Assembly (NCBI RefSeq): GCF_004010195.1
Contig: NC_057711.1
Location: 71,150,797-71,214,796 of the forward strand
Length of the DNA stretch: 64,000 nucleotides
Direction of reading: 5' to 3'
Source of the DNA: Chiloscyllium plagiosum
Taxonomy: Eukaryota
Position numbers and translations under genes: made by a program. Position 1 is the first letter of the stretch, and every line of letters begins with the position of its first letter. Of the stretch, positions 13,626 to 26,299 are shown in pieces. Under the pieces are notes generated by a model. The model saw only the letters and a program-made list of their open reading frames with translations, did no database searches and had not been told where the DNA came from.

Positions 13626-14489
13626 TATTAGTGTATAGGCCTAATATGATGGGCATTAAGGAATGCTTCCTCTAATCCATGAAGTCAGATAAAAATAATT
13701 CAAAGTTGCTATGCCCAGAAACAAACAGCTTGTGCAATCCAAAACAAAAATATATTGTTAAGCCTTTGAAACTAATGAGTGCATAAGAATGGTATGTAAA
13801 CTTGGACCTTAATCCTGTTGAATGGGCTTTCCACTGTGTACAACATTTTAGATTTTGGAATGAGGAATTCTAGCCACCATTCATAAATCCCTGACGTGAA
13901 ACATGTTGTATGGTCACACCAGCTTATGATGAAGGTTGGTGCCTCCATTCTCTTTAATTAGAGAAAATTATACAGTCAGTTTTATCTAGTATGTTAAAAT
14001 AAAGCCATTTTGTGGCCTGACTAGAATAATAACTTTTGTAGTCAACAACATAAAGCTTATTGCATGTTTGCAATTAGTTTCAGGTTACATTGACATGGTA
14101 GAATTGTAACAGAGACTTTGAGAATGACCAGATGTTAGATCTCAATGCTTTGAAATTCTGAGCACTTATGCCAACTGACATCATCATAGTGGATGGTAGT
14201 AATGTTAATCCTCGGTATTAACCCTTTCAAAACATTCAAGTCCATATATAAAAAAACATAAGGCAACTTACTTTACCGGCATTATGGGTGCGTCTTCTCA
14301 CAATGGATATGAATTGGACCTGGTTGCTCCAGAGGACAAAATGGAACAGTTTATCTGGATCATGTAATTTTATTCTGTTTAACATAGTGTAATTAAATCT
14401 TCACTTCAATAGTATCATTTGATTGAGTTATTGCCAAGAGAATATTCAGACTAAGTCTTACTTTCAGAAAGTGTTCACATCCAAAATTA

Positions 14490-14810
14490 AGGAAATTCAC
14501 TCCATTCACTGCCAAATTCAAATAATGCAGAGTGACTTCATTGCCGAATTCAGAAATTGCTAACCACTCACTCTGCCAAGTTCAGAGATTCCAATAGTGT
14601 ACACCGTAAAATTCAGAGATTGCACATTGCTGACTCTGCCAAGTTCAGAGATTACAAAACACTCACACTGCCAAGTTCAAAAATTGTTTGCACTATCAAA
14701 TGCAAAGACAATACAAAGATTACACTGCTGAGTTCAAAGAGTAGATAGTATTCACATACAGTTTCAGGGAATGCATATTGCTAAAGGCCATTGAGTTCAA
14801 AAGGCACTCA
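14490..14810 (+). repeat. Degenerate minisatellite, roughly 30-bp period
   Basis: About 9-10 recurrences of a (CAC/CTC)TGCCAAGTTCAGAGATT-like core, e.g. at about 14572, 14634 and 14666. Confidence 0.75.
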
Positions 14811-15339
14811 TGTCTTATATTATCTACTTTAGAGTACAAGGATGCTGACTCAGAGTTTAGTAAATTGTGAATGCTGTGCATCCCCTGGAATCAGTGTGAT
14901 TTCTGTATATTCTCTGAATGCAGCATTGTGAGCTCTGTGTATTTCCTCAAATTGAAATGCTGTGTTTTCTGAAATCAGTAGTTGGAACTCAAATGTGAAG
15001 GGCTGGGCCATGGAGAACATCACCCTGAGAACAATGTTAAAATCGTTGCATTGGTTGACAAAGAGCATGGAGTACTGTGTGAATAGGATATTCAACAAAC
15101 CTTTTGCTGATCTGGACGCCACTGAGTGTTGAAGGTGAAAGTTGTTCAACTGCATTGATTAGTAAAATCTGACAAATAATACCTCAGTGCTAAGTCCAAT
15201 ACAGAATGTGTTGTAGTTATCCAAATCTTTCTCAGATTGTAGACAAGGTAGGTATTTATTGGCCAACCCCATTTGCCATAGTGAGTGGCTATGTTTTGGA
15301 ATCTTTGTATTTCATGTGATGAAAATTTGGTGAGTGGTA

Positions 15340-16050
15340 CTACCCTAGGATGTACAGAGGATCAGAAGGACCTTGGTGTGCAAGCTTATAGATCCTTGAA
15401 GGCAGCAGGATAGGTATATGAGATGGTTAAGAAGGCATATGGGATACTTGCATTTATTAGTCAACGCATTGAATATAAAAGCAAGGATGTTATGCTGGAA
15501 CTGTAGATTATATTAATTAGGCATCAACAGAAATACTTTGCACAGATCTGGTCATCACACTATAGGAAAGATGTGATTACACCAGAGAGGGTGCAGAGGA
15601 GATTCACCAGGATGTTGCCTGGACTGAAGCAATTCAGCAATGAAGAAAGACTATATAGGCAAGGTTTTTTTTCCCTTAGGAGACCTGATTGAGATGTGCA
15701 GTTATGAGGGATCAATCATCAAGCGGTAACTAAGGTCAGGAGTAAGACATTCAGAGTGGATTTGAGGAAAAATGTTTTCACCCAGAGAGTGGTAGGTATC
15801 CTATTCCCATAGTACTCCATGTTCTGGGACATCTATTGGCTGTTTGTCAACCAATGCAATGATTTTGATAATATCCTCAGGTCCTTTCACTGCCTAAAAG
15901 GGTAATCAAGGCAGGAACCCTCAAGTCATTTCAGAACTATTTATACGAGCACTTGGAAAACCATAGCATGCAAGGCTACAGGCCAAGTGCTGAAAAATGG
16001 GATTAGAATAGACAGATAGTTGATGACTGCACAGACATCATGGGCCAGGA
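15340..16050 (+). mobile_element. CR1 LINE 3' fragment with an 85-bp foreign insert
   Basis: VKKAYGILAFISQRIEYKS, ERVQRRFTRMLPGL and NVFTQRVVG blocks, interrupted at 15797-15881. Confidence 0.85.
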
Positions 16051-16959
16051 TTCCTTGCCAAAAAGCCACTGAATTTATAACCATGGTCATATTTTGGCTG
16101 TATGTCACGCTTGTTTAAAAGCACTTTTCGTAATTGGAATTTTAAAATGTCTGTAAGTATTTTGGGGTTCTGATCCATGCTATGACACCATAAGGAGATC
16201 TGGAGCCAAGTGATCCTAATGGAACCAAAACTGAGCATTGGTGAACAGGTTAATGATAATTAAAGTCACGCAATGTCATGGCTGACAATACTTTCATCCC
16301 TTTGTTGATGATTGAGAGGAGCTGCTGGAGTGATATTTGTCCGACTTCAATTTACCTTGCTGTCCATGGGCAAGATTATGCTGGACAATTTTCCACTTTA
16401 GTAAAAACAAGTAATGCTGGAAATACAACATCCACAGAGAGAGAAAATTAGAGTTAACTGGTATAATTTTAACTGCTACTGGATGGAACTAATGTGGCTT
16501 AAAATCTAGGACAACATTTCTTTTCAACGTATTTTCATTAGAACTTCAATGTTGGGTGAGAGGTTAATGGTGCATAGAAGAATAGGAGAAGTCAGTGAAC
16601 GGCTGGAAAGCAGGGAAGATTAAACAAAAAAGGTGATAGGGCAAGACAAAAAGAGACAGTAATTGGATAAACTTGAAAAAGTGTCGAGGTGAAGGGCAAA
16701 TGAGAAAATGAAAATTATAACCAGCGGCTTTCATTCAAAAGAGTGGCAAAAAAAATGTAACAAGGTTTTCTTCTATCCTTCAAACAATAAATTATAATCA
16801 TTCAAGTAGGGCTGGAAAACTGTATTGTGAGTTTTTTATTAAAAAACAGTAACAATATTGATGTGTTGCTGGAGAGCTATTACTATTGTGATTTATTTGA
16901 TCAGCTGACACATTCCAGTTACAGTGACGTTCAACAATTCCCTCTGATGATGTGTACAG

Positions 16960-17395
16960 ATTATGGACTATGAATTTGGTGTCAGTACATCAGTTTTGGC
17001 TGTTGACAAACCTTATCTATTCTAGCAGGAAACCAGGTACTCTCCATCAGATATAGACCTGAACTTTGTGCCCTATGGTCAAACTTTGCAAATGTTGCTT
17101 CCATGTGGGTCATGCATATCCTTTAGCCACCCCTGTATTTCCAGGACTTTGATCCATACAACTGGAAATTCAAATAGGTGACGATTCGGAAGAGTTATTT
17201 GTCTTGCCTCTGAAATAAAAGCTCAGTTGGTGAGAGCAAACCTGTTCTGCATAATGTTGCCCTTAGATACAGTACTGCAACCGGGAAATTCTGTTTCATT
17301 TCCCAATCAAGCACTTAACGGTATCAACCATTTTTTGAAATGGCTTGCCCATTATTACAACCAAGGCTGGAAAGGTAACTGAATTCCTCTATTTT
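16960..17395 (-). mobile_element. Ty3/Gypsy integrase remnant (C-terminal half of core and C-terminal domain)
   Basis: Frameshifted translation NGQA..MVDTVKCLIGK / VAVLYLRATLCRTGLLSPTELLFQR / TWFPARIDKVC resembles SNGxAERxVxTVK...LLxLRATP...SPAELLFGR. Confidence 0.75.
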
Positions 17396-17709
17396 TACAC
17401 CTGTTTTTGGTAGAAAAAGAGTTCTCACATCTTTTTTAAAAGCATATACTTTATTCAATTCAATATATACTTGAACATGTGTATAGCAATGAGAAAAACA
17501 AGTCAGACTGACCTCATCAGTGTGCAAGTAAACAGTTTGTTTTATTATTAAAAATAACTTAGTAAGTTAAAGGAGTAGCCATTACTAAATTGTAAAATAC
17601 CATTCTGAATCACATTACAAATCCAGCACAGAAGCAAACAGAACAAAGTTCAGAATGGGGTGGGATCATAAAAAAATTTAAGTCCATGAGAAAGGAAGAA
17701 TTTTACATT

Positions 17710-18100
17710 CCAATATTGGTCTTACAGTTCCTGGGAGTTGCCATCAACAGAGACATTGTTCCAGTGATAGTGTCTTTTAACTTACAACCTATCCTTTTCC
17801 AGAATAGATTAATGACATTTGAAATTTCTTTCATTTTTAGATTCTCTGCGTCTGTGATGAATTTCAACTTGGAACAGAAATGCTATTCCAATGTGCAGGC
17901 CTTCTTGATATTATCACCTTCTTGTAACAAAACCACAAGCAAATAATGTTAGTTCTTCCTGTGTGATGTTTCGATAATGGAAGCAATCCATATGCAGAAA
18001 GGAATTTCTACTTCCTGTTCTCAATATTTCCAAAGGGCCTTTGAAACAGAAAGACATCCCTAGCACTCTTTTTACATCAAAAGATTCAGGTTGCATTTAT
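17710..18100 (-). mobile_element. Possible Gypsy gag N-terminal remnant
   Basis: PESFDVKRVLGMSFCFKGPL...LE*HFCSKLKF...LLMATP resembles Gypsy Gag (PEAFxxFxQxxELxFxGPL; IASTP) and the gag piece at 26.3 kb. Confidence 0.4.
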
Positions 18101-18359
18101 CTCTGGCAGCTTCTTCAGATGGGCTGTCCATTGTCTGTTGCATATTGTCAGTTTCAATGCAATCAGTGCAAATCGCTTCCTCAATATTTTATTTCAGTAT
18201 GTACTTTGTAATTTCTTGTGGACCTTGCCCACCTTAGCAACAAACAGTCACCTGGCTCCTGCAAAAGTTATTTTCTTTACAAATGATATTCCCAGTTATA
18301 AAATCATTCAATAGAGTTAAAGATTAATAGTCCATATAACATAACTTATGACACCATGT

Positions 18360-19050
18360 ACTGAGGGCAGTTGTTTGAAACAATTTATTTTGGCATTCCA
18401 AACAAACTGAAAATGGCACTCAGCGCACAGGCAACCAGCACACACAATGTATCATGTCATTGTCAAGTTATCTAAAATTTCGAAACAAAGTCTGCCATGA
18501 GTAGAAAATGGTCACCATGAAGATTAAGTGAATCTGGAGCAATCCAGGTCCAAAGGTTGGTTGGAATCTGATGAGGCATTGATTGATCTTCATGTTAGCT
18601 TGACTCATGTGTCTGACAATTTCGCACTTGCCTTCCTTATTACTGTTCTGTGGCCTCTATACAGTTTCTCTTGTTAGATCTTTACAACCATTAGTACGTA
18701 TGTGAGCCTGATGCAGAAGTACCAGAATGCCAGGTCAGAGTGACTCAGATATTTGTGAACTTGTTCTGCCTGCCTAATATTATGCTAAAGGATATTCCTG
18801 ATTCATATTGGTAGGCCCAAAGTGGTCTTAGATTTTCCTCACTTCTTGCAGTGCATCAGAGGAACCTCTGACAATGATTTTCCAAAATTGCCTGAAGTAT
18901 TGAGTCTTTGTATGGCTCTTCCTGCAGTTGTTGAAATTTGATTTTGTTCTAAAACTGTTACAATCGACCTGTGGCACACCTTCAACTTCTGACTTGCCTT
19001 GTATCTGAATGCTGAATGCTTCCAGAGGATCTACTGAAAGAATTGTATCT
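18360..19050 (-). mobile_element. Ty3/Gypsy pol remnant (linker, HHCC zinc finger, integrase core N-terminal half)
   Basis: FQQLQEEPYKDSILQ; ILVLLHQAHIRTNGCKDLTRETV*; KCEI; MPHQIPTNLW...HFLLMADFVSKF; LSAIFSLFGMPK*IVSNNCPQY (VSDNGPQY motif). Multiple stops and frameshifts. Confidence 0.82.
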
Positions 19051-19934
19051 CTCATGGGTGCAAGACTGTATCCCATTTCAAACTGCCAATTATAATGGAC
19101 CGATCTGAGTATTAGATTCCAAGCTGAGAACTGAGTGAGGTAGTTGTTGATATCTAAATCCTTGCTGGTACCTTATTGCTTCAATGAATAATAACAAACT
19201 TAAGGCAGGCCTGTTAAGCTGCAGCTTATGGATGAACAAGATAAGAGTCCTGTGACCACACTTTTGATTGATTGTAGACGCATTTTAGTGTTATCATGCC
19301 AAAATGATGAATGGTTAATTCGGTATCACTGGGGGAAGGATAATGACAGCCCTCTCAGTTTCAATCTTTGCCCTCAATGTGTGCTTTCCAAACTTCATAG
19401 TATGCCAATATTACTAGTCATAAATGCTTCTGATGATGTGATTGTTTTTACAGATCTGCAAATGACTACATGTGGAATGCTTGCTATTAGGATCTCAGCA
19501 GATGTTATTCCAGGATGATTCACATCCCAGACTAAAACCTGGCTTGAAAGATTATTTCATATTTAGAATGGAGATAGTTTAATCATTGACCACAATCTTT
19601 AATCTTCTTTGAATATTATAGTGATCCAGAGGTCTGACAGATTGAAAGGAGAGAGGGAGAAAACGTGGTAACTAAAAGCTAATCAATTCAAAGTCCTTTG
19701 GGGGGATTTAAACCCTTGCTTTTTGAAATGCATCTGTGGCTACTCCTGCCTTCCATTTCAGCATTCGTTTTTTTTTATATCTTGGGTACCCTAATCCTTG
19801 GAGTTACAGGTTACAGTAGAACACAATGCGACTGAGACTGTCAAAAAATTGTGTCATTCCAACAACAAGTCCTTCATTTTATAATGACGGGTGCATGTTT
19901 TGGGTGTGTTTCTTTTTTCACAGGAACTGACCCC

Positions 19935-20210
19935 ACATTTATTGCCTATCCCTAAGTGCCCAGAGGGCTCTAAGAGTCAATTACGTTCCTGTGGGTCTGG
20001 AGTCACATGCAGGCCAGACCAGTTAAGGATAGCAGATTACCTTCCATAATGAGTCAGATGACAATCAACAGTGGCCATCATTAGCTGCTTAGTTTCAGAC
20101 TTCTATTGAATTCAAAATCCATCACGTACTGATTCGAACACAGGTCTTGAGAACATCAACTGAGTTCCTGGATTACTGGTCTAATGACAATTGCAGTAGG
20201 TCATTGCCTC
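19935..20210 (-). mobile_element. Deu-domain-like SINE
   Basis: Contains GTGGGTCTGGAGTCACATGCAGGCCAGACC, the reverse complement of the core of the 27400 copy. Confidence 0.65.
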
Positions 20211-20269
20211 ACGCAAGATTGTGTAAGCAATCATCTGTTATTGGGCAGGGTGCAGCTATTCAAATTCCT

Positions 20270-20591
20270 ATGGTTTCTCAAGGAATGACACACTAGCAGG
20301 ACTGGCCAAACAAGAGAGAGAAAACATCATGGCCAGTGGTTGGAAATGGTGTGTCACAAACGACACTGTCGATGTGAGATTTGCAGTGGAATGCACACTG
20401 CTAATTAGTTGGCTAATGGAACATGGATTTTTTGGCATCCCTGTAGAAGTGACCCCAGTCTTCTCTTGCGGGGGACAGTATTTCCTCCTTGTCTGCACTG
20501 AGGAGTCTAATGGCCTCTATCCCTCCACCCATAAAGGCTCGCTCTGCCCTGTCTTCCCCTGTAATGACCAAAGAGGAGGGATTGCATGAGT
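20270..20591 (-). mobile_element. Possible PIF/Harbinger transposase N-terminal remnant
   Basis: Decayed CSISQ block (CGISQ-like); shares about 93 bp in inverted orientation with 22057-22149. Confidence 0.35.
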
Positions 20592-21480
20592 CAACAAAGA
20601 ACAAAGAAAATTTACAGCCCAGGTACAGGCCCTTTGGCCCTCCAAGCCTGAGCCGATCCAAATCTATTGTCTAAACCTGTCGCCCAATTGCTAAGCATTT
20701 GTATCCCTCTGCTCCCCACCTACTGATGCATCTGTCCAGACGCATCATAAATGAATCTACCATGCCTGCCTCGACCACGTCTGCTGGCAACGCGTTCCAG
20801 ACGCCCACCACCCTCTATGTGAAGTACTTGCCGCGTGTATCCTCCTTAAACTTTCCACCTCTCACCTTGAAAGTGTGACCTCTCGTTATAGAATCCTTCA
20901 CCCTGGGAAAAAGCTTGTATCTATTCACCCTGTCTATACCCTTTATGATTTTATAAACCTCAATCAGGTCTCCCCTCAATCTCCTTTTTTCTAATGAAAA
21001 CAAACCTAATCTACTCAACCTCTCTTCATAGCTAGCACATTCCATACCAGGCAACATCCCTCGTAAACCTTCTCTACACCCTCTCCAAAGTGTCCACATC
21101 CTTTTGGTAAAATGGCGACCAGAACTGTACACAGTATTCTAAATGCGGCCGAACCAATGTCTTGTACAATTTTAACGTGACTTGCCAGCTCTTATACTCA
21201 ATACCCCATCCAATGAAGGCAAGCATACTATATGCCTTCTTGACCACTCTATCCACCCAAGCAGCAACCTTCAGGGTACAATGGACCTGCACTCCCAGAT
21301 CTCTCAGCCTATCAACTTTTCCCAAGGCTCTTTCATTCATTGTATAATTCGCTCTAGAATTAGTCTTGCCTAAATGCATCACCTCACAGTGATCTGGATT
21401 GAAATCCATCTGCCACTTTTCCGCCCAACTCTCCAGTCTATTTATATCCTCCTGTATTCTTTGACAGTCCCTTATGCTTT
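20592..21480 (-). mobile_element. CR1/HER1 LINE 3' fragment, relatively young
   Basis: ORFs 21074-21409 and 20815-21132 (LVRPHLEYCVQFWSP; LGLFSLEKRRLRGDLIEVYKI); short tandem tail near 20595. Confidence 0.95.
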
Positions 21481-21714
21481 AAGGGGCTGTCATAAGTGGA
21501 TGGCAAGGCTGTTAGTCCTGGGTGCAAATGGGTGAAAGTGGTGAAGAGGCAGTAGACAATGCAGGGTTAGTGCTGTGGGAGGTTGTAGGAGTTAAGAACA
21601 AGTGTTTTGGGCAACAGTGAGAATGGCAGAATATGAGCCTTGGTGGCTGGTGACTGCAATCGCGAGAGTGAGTGTGAAGAAGCTGAAGGAAGAGTGTGAC
21701 ACTCACTTTCACCA

Positions 21715-21935
21715 AACAAAGGTTATTGACCTTCTCATGGCACTGCTGGCTGTTCCTCTGGACTATGAAACAGCATTAACCCAGACAGTACCCTCAGACC
21801 AGACTGTCAAGGTCTGTTGGCACAGCCTCCACTGCCATTTGCCTCAGACGAGGACATTTCTCCTTTGTACAACCTCCTCCATCAAGGCCTCCAGGTCCCT
21901 CTTGGAGAATTGCGGTTCCCTCTTCCTTCTTGCTG
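21715..21935 (-). mobile_element. PIF/Harbinger Myb/SANT-like accessory gene remnant
   Basis: PQFSKRDLEALMEEVVQRRNVL...W...VNAVS...RNSQQCHEKVNNL matches the NAIF1/MSANTD-type PRFS..ELE.LV.EV...W..V...R...QC.KK.NDL pattern. Confidence 0.7.
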
Positions 21936-22149
21936 ATATGCCCAGTATCTGTGCTTAAATGAGCAGGATAGCTTCTGAGTGCCAATGCTCTTCCAGGTGC
22001 CTCTCCACCACTTCCACCACTTTCACCACGACTGATAGCTGTACCATTCATTTTCAACTCAAGCAGTCCCTCTCTTTCGATCATTACAGTGGAAGACAGG
22101 GCAGAGTGAGCCCGTATAAGTGGAGGGATACAGGCCAATAGACTCCTCA

Positions 22150-22490
22150 CAGTTGCCCTCTGCCTTGGAAAAGCAGGCAACATAATCGAAGACCTCTCCC
22201 ACCCTGGTATTCTCTCTTCCACGCTTTTCCATCAGACAGCAGATACAAAAGTTTGAAAATACATACCAACAGATTCAAGAAGAGTTTCTTCCCTGCCGTT
22301 ATCAGACACTTGAGCAGACCTCTCATACAGTAAAGCTGATCTTTTTCTGTACCTTCTCTGTAGCTGTAACATTACGTGCTGGCATTCTGTTCTGTCACCC
22401 CGACCTACTTACGTAAGGTATGATTTACCTGAATCGCACGCAAATATTTTTCACTACATCTCAGCACATGTGACAATACTAAATTAAATC
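22150..22490 (+). mobile_element. Rex1/Babar-like LINE 3' end
   Basis: CLGKAGNIIEDLSHPG..LF..PSDSRYKSLKIHTNRFKKSFFPAVIR followed by a 3' UTR that recurs at 59429-59616. Confidence 0.7.
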
Positions 22491-22760
22491 AGAAGTCACA
22501 CAACACCAGATTATTTGAAATCACAAGCTTTTGGAGCGTTGCCCCTTCATCAGGTAAAGTGAGAGAGAAGCACACAGACACAAATTCCTGCCAAACAACA
22601 CTGTCATTCTGAGGAAAGGAACAACACAGTTCTGTGGAAGGGTCACTCAACACTTTACTCTGATTTCTGTCCACTGATGCTACCAGATCTGCTGAACCTT
22701 CCCAGCACTTTCTGTTTTTGTTTCTGATTTACGGCATCTGCAGTTCTTTCAGTTTTTAGT
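22490..22760. mobile_element. Penelope-like repeat fragments with degenerate hammerhead motifs
   Basis: 22522-22556 on the minus strand reads UAC CUGAUGA AGGGGC AAC GCUCC AAAA GCUU GUG; a second related repeat type follows on the plus strand. Confidence 0.55.
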
Positions 22761-25344
22761 TCGCACTGTAGATGCACCAATGTCACATAACTGCAGATCA
22801 GTTCACGAAGTAGCTCAATGACACCTTTCTTCAGGCCAGTTATGAATGGGATACAAATGTTGCCCTTGGCATTCATGTCCTGTGATTATAAAAGAAGTCC
22901 AGTTGCCACCACAAATTGTCAATCTGAAGTCTTCATTTACGTACTGGAAATGACTGCCTGTCATGGCTATCTGATCCAGTTCAAGCCAAATTTTGAATAA
23001 ATCATTCAGACCAGTTGAAGTTGGATTTGCTGCACACCCTATGCAATACAATGGCAGTCTTGATCTGTGCAGAAGAATGGAAATTGGTTGGAATCATGAA
23101 ATCTGGATTTTCTGTTGTTCTGAAATAATTTCAGGTAGGATTACAAAGGAAAATTCTCCCCTTGATTTCCTGAATATTCATTAGATATGGAAAGACTAAA
23201 AATGATTGCAAAACAACATTGACAGTTCTCATGATCTTCCAATTGAAGTTGCAGTTTCTAGTACACATAGAAATAAAATTTAAAACAAAGATTTTTTGGT
23301 CTGGTTTTATAGCAAATGCATGCTTTGGGCTGGTATAATTGAAAGCTGTTATACATTTAAATGCTCATCTCATAAAATCTAGTAAATTCAAGTAATCCCT
23401 ATATCAACCTGAACTGTATCCAATGCATGCAAATTAATAAATCTTTCACTAGTCACCCAGAATTCTCCTTGTACAAACATATTTATTTATGGCCATTGTA
23501 AAAAGTAAATAAAGCTATCAAAATCATAACTTCTTTGGGAATGACAATGATAAAATAATTGTTTCCATTAGTAACTCTTGCAATAAAGAATATCCAGTGC
23601 ACTTGCTAAGAAGGGATACAAATTGGGTTGTATCTCACTATTTGGGTTCCCACATGAAAAATGAACTGGTGTTTCATTGAAGTCAATGAATTTGGACCTC
23701 AGCTTACATTAACCCTTGTGAAGGAGTCAATAGAATAATACTAATGTTTATCTATTCCTCTTTGTATAAGTCCCTTTCAAGACTTCATTGGATTAATGCA
23801 TTTCACAATCTGGGAACTCCACATGGATTATGACCTTAGTCATATTAAAGAATTGGCATCACAAAATGATTGTTTGGCTAGAGCTATGTTATAGCCTTGT
23901 ACTCGTTAAATAGCAAATATCATCGTTCCCAGCAGTATCACTGATGAAATTTCCAGATAAAGCACTATCTGAAGAACCCTGCAATTTGTTGCAGATCTCA
24001 AGGTAAACCACTCTGAAACTCTTCCTCCACCTTTACCTAACTTCTGCATGATCACGTCCCTTATAAAAGGTAACATAGAAAAATCGAGAAACCAGAAAAT
24101 GGGGTTACCCAGGTATAGGTTTACAGACCTTCAAAATGCACCTTAAGAGAAAATGGATTAAAAAAAAATAAAATCCCAAGACATACCTTATTTAAACAAT
24201 AATAAATAAGAGGATTTTATTAAATGTTAAAATCAAACTCTGATTTCTTTACTGAGAATATAAATTTCCTTTATCATGGTTACTTTAGTCAGTTAATTCG
24301 AGCTTATGACCCTTGTGGCATGTTAAACAACACAACCATCTGTCCAGAACAAGATATTTAATTCCATTGGAGAAATATCTTGGATTGCATTCAGAAGATC
24401 ATAGCTTGGTTGATATTTATATTTGCAACACTATAACAGTCTTTTTTTGTGGTTTCTGTAATGAAAGGCATTTTTATGTCGATAGGTCATTAGCTTGACT
24501 CACAACATGCAGCTAGGAAGGCGATTGGAGAATTTCCAATCTATCTTTTAATCTATTTGACTTGAGCAGCATTATTGAGTAGATTCCTTTTGGATAGGTT
24601 ATGACCAGGATTAAGTTGAGGGTGGGAGAGGGTTTGCAGCAGAAATATATGCTCATCCTTCCTTTCAATATGAGTCAGCATTCAGTGAGAATAGCTAGAC
24701 CTGATATCAACCATTTTGTCTATCTGAATCAAATAGAACACCATTGTTGGCCAGATTTTGAATTAATCAGGATGGCTTGGGAGCCCCTTAAAGATATTTG
24801 ATGTTCTTGGTTCCAGGATTCCTAACCCCATTCCCAGGGTTTCTAATTTTTACAAGAGCTTTTTAAGGGTGCAGGCTGGTTCAGTTCAAGAGTCCATGAC
24901 TGCGTTATCACCTTGGAGTGATGTCCTTTTCAAAGCTGAACACGGCCCATGTGATCACAGACTCTTTGCAATGTAACACTCTAGGCAAGGTGCGTCTGAA
25001 GATTAATATAGTATGTATTCATTAGTTTCACTGTAATTAAACTCACCAGAGATCTCCGAGTAGGTGGAATCCATGTATCCCACTTGTGTTCCATTTAGAT
25101 CACACAAGAATATTGTTACATTGTGTGCAGCTGGGATGTTTGTTTACTTGAAATAAAAAAAGAACAAAATAGAGCCTTTTAAGCTTGAATGCCAAGCTGA
25201 GTTTTAGGAAATGAAACATAACAGCAAGCCAGAAGTTTCCACCATACAGAACACAGAAGAAAATAAAAGCTATTTGCAAACTGTGAGTGTGTCTAAATTG
25301 GCCAGACTTGCATAGACAACCATCTGATTCAGGCCTGCCTTATC

Positions 25345-26140
25345 AAAAGTTTGCTGATGACACAGAAGTTGGTAGAGGGACAAATAGCGTTGAGAAAATG
25401 GGCAGATTGCTGAAGGACCCAGGAAGATTGGGAGAGCAGACAAAGAAGTAGCAAGTGCAATACAATATGGGAAAGTGGAAGGTCATGCACTTTGGTAGGA
25501 AGAATAGAGCAGGCTATTTTACTAAATGGGGAAAGGCTTCAGAAATCTGAAGCACAAAGGGACTTAGGAGTCCAGTAGGGGATTCACTTAAGATTAACAT
25601 GCAGGGTCAGTTGTCAGTTAGGAAGGAAAATGCAATGTTAGCACTCATTTTAAGAGTGCTCGAATACAACAGCAGAGCTGTACTGCTGAGCCTGTGTAAG
25701 GCTCTGGTCAGATTGCATTTGGAATATTGTGAGCATGTTTGGGCCCCGTATCTAAAAATATTGGCGGGTGTCCAGGGAAGGTTTATAAGAATGATTATGG
25801 AGATGCAGGACTTGTCATATGAGGAGCTGTTGATGATTCTGGGCCTCTACTCAATGAAGTTTAGAAGGATGGGGGAAGAAGATCTAATTGATGTTTACAG
25901 TATTCTGAGAGGCCTGGATAGAGTGGATGTGGAGAACATGTTTCCACCAATAGGAGAGACTACAACCCAAGAGCAGACCCTCAGAGTGAAGTGAAGGGAT
26001 GATCCTGTGGAGCTGAAATGAGGAAGGATTTTTTCAGCCAGAGAGTGGTAAATCTGTGGAACCCATTGCTGCAGAAGGCTGTGGAGGCTAAGTCATTGAC
26101 TGTACTTAAGACAGCGATAGATAGGTCCTTGATTAATAAG
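25345..26140 (+). mobile_element. CR1 LINE 3' fragment
   Basis: KFADDT motif near 25348; ORFs 25599-25994 and 26018-26221 (LVRLHLEYC; FFSQRVVNLWN). Confidence 0.92.
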
Positions 26141-26299
26141 CTAAGGATCTATTATCTGAGTTCACACTTTTTAAACAAAGAATGCAGTCATAGATCAAAC
26201 GTTGCTGAACCAGTGAAATAAGATGTGAAGGTGCTGATAGCAATTTAATGGGGGTGTTGCATAATGTCAATACCTCAGTCTTACCTAAAGAGTAAGTTC

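Noticed and set aside
14490..14810. CRISPR-like repeat-spacer array
   Set aside because: Eukaryotic context, degenerate repeats, short related spacers and no cas genes; it is a minisatellite.
17700..18180. Possible env gene or endogenous RNA-virus (PB2-like) fragment downstream of integrase
   Set aside because: Only superficial similarity; no signal peptide, fusion or TM pattern is visible, and it is better explained as decayed Gypsy gag/integrase.
22770..23060. Coding-looking minus-strand stretch with overlapping ORFs
   Set aside because: Could not assign it to any family or find splice signals; probably an unrecognised decayed element.
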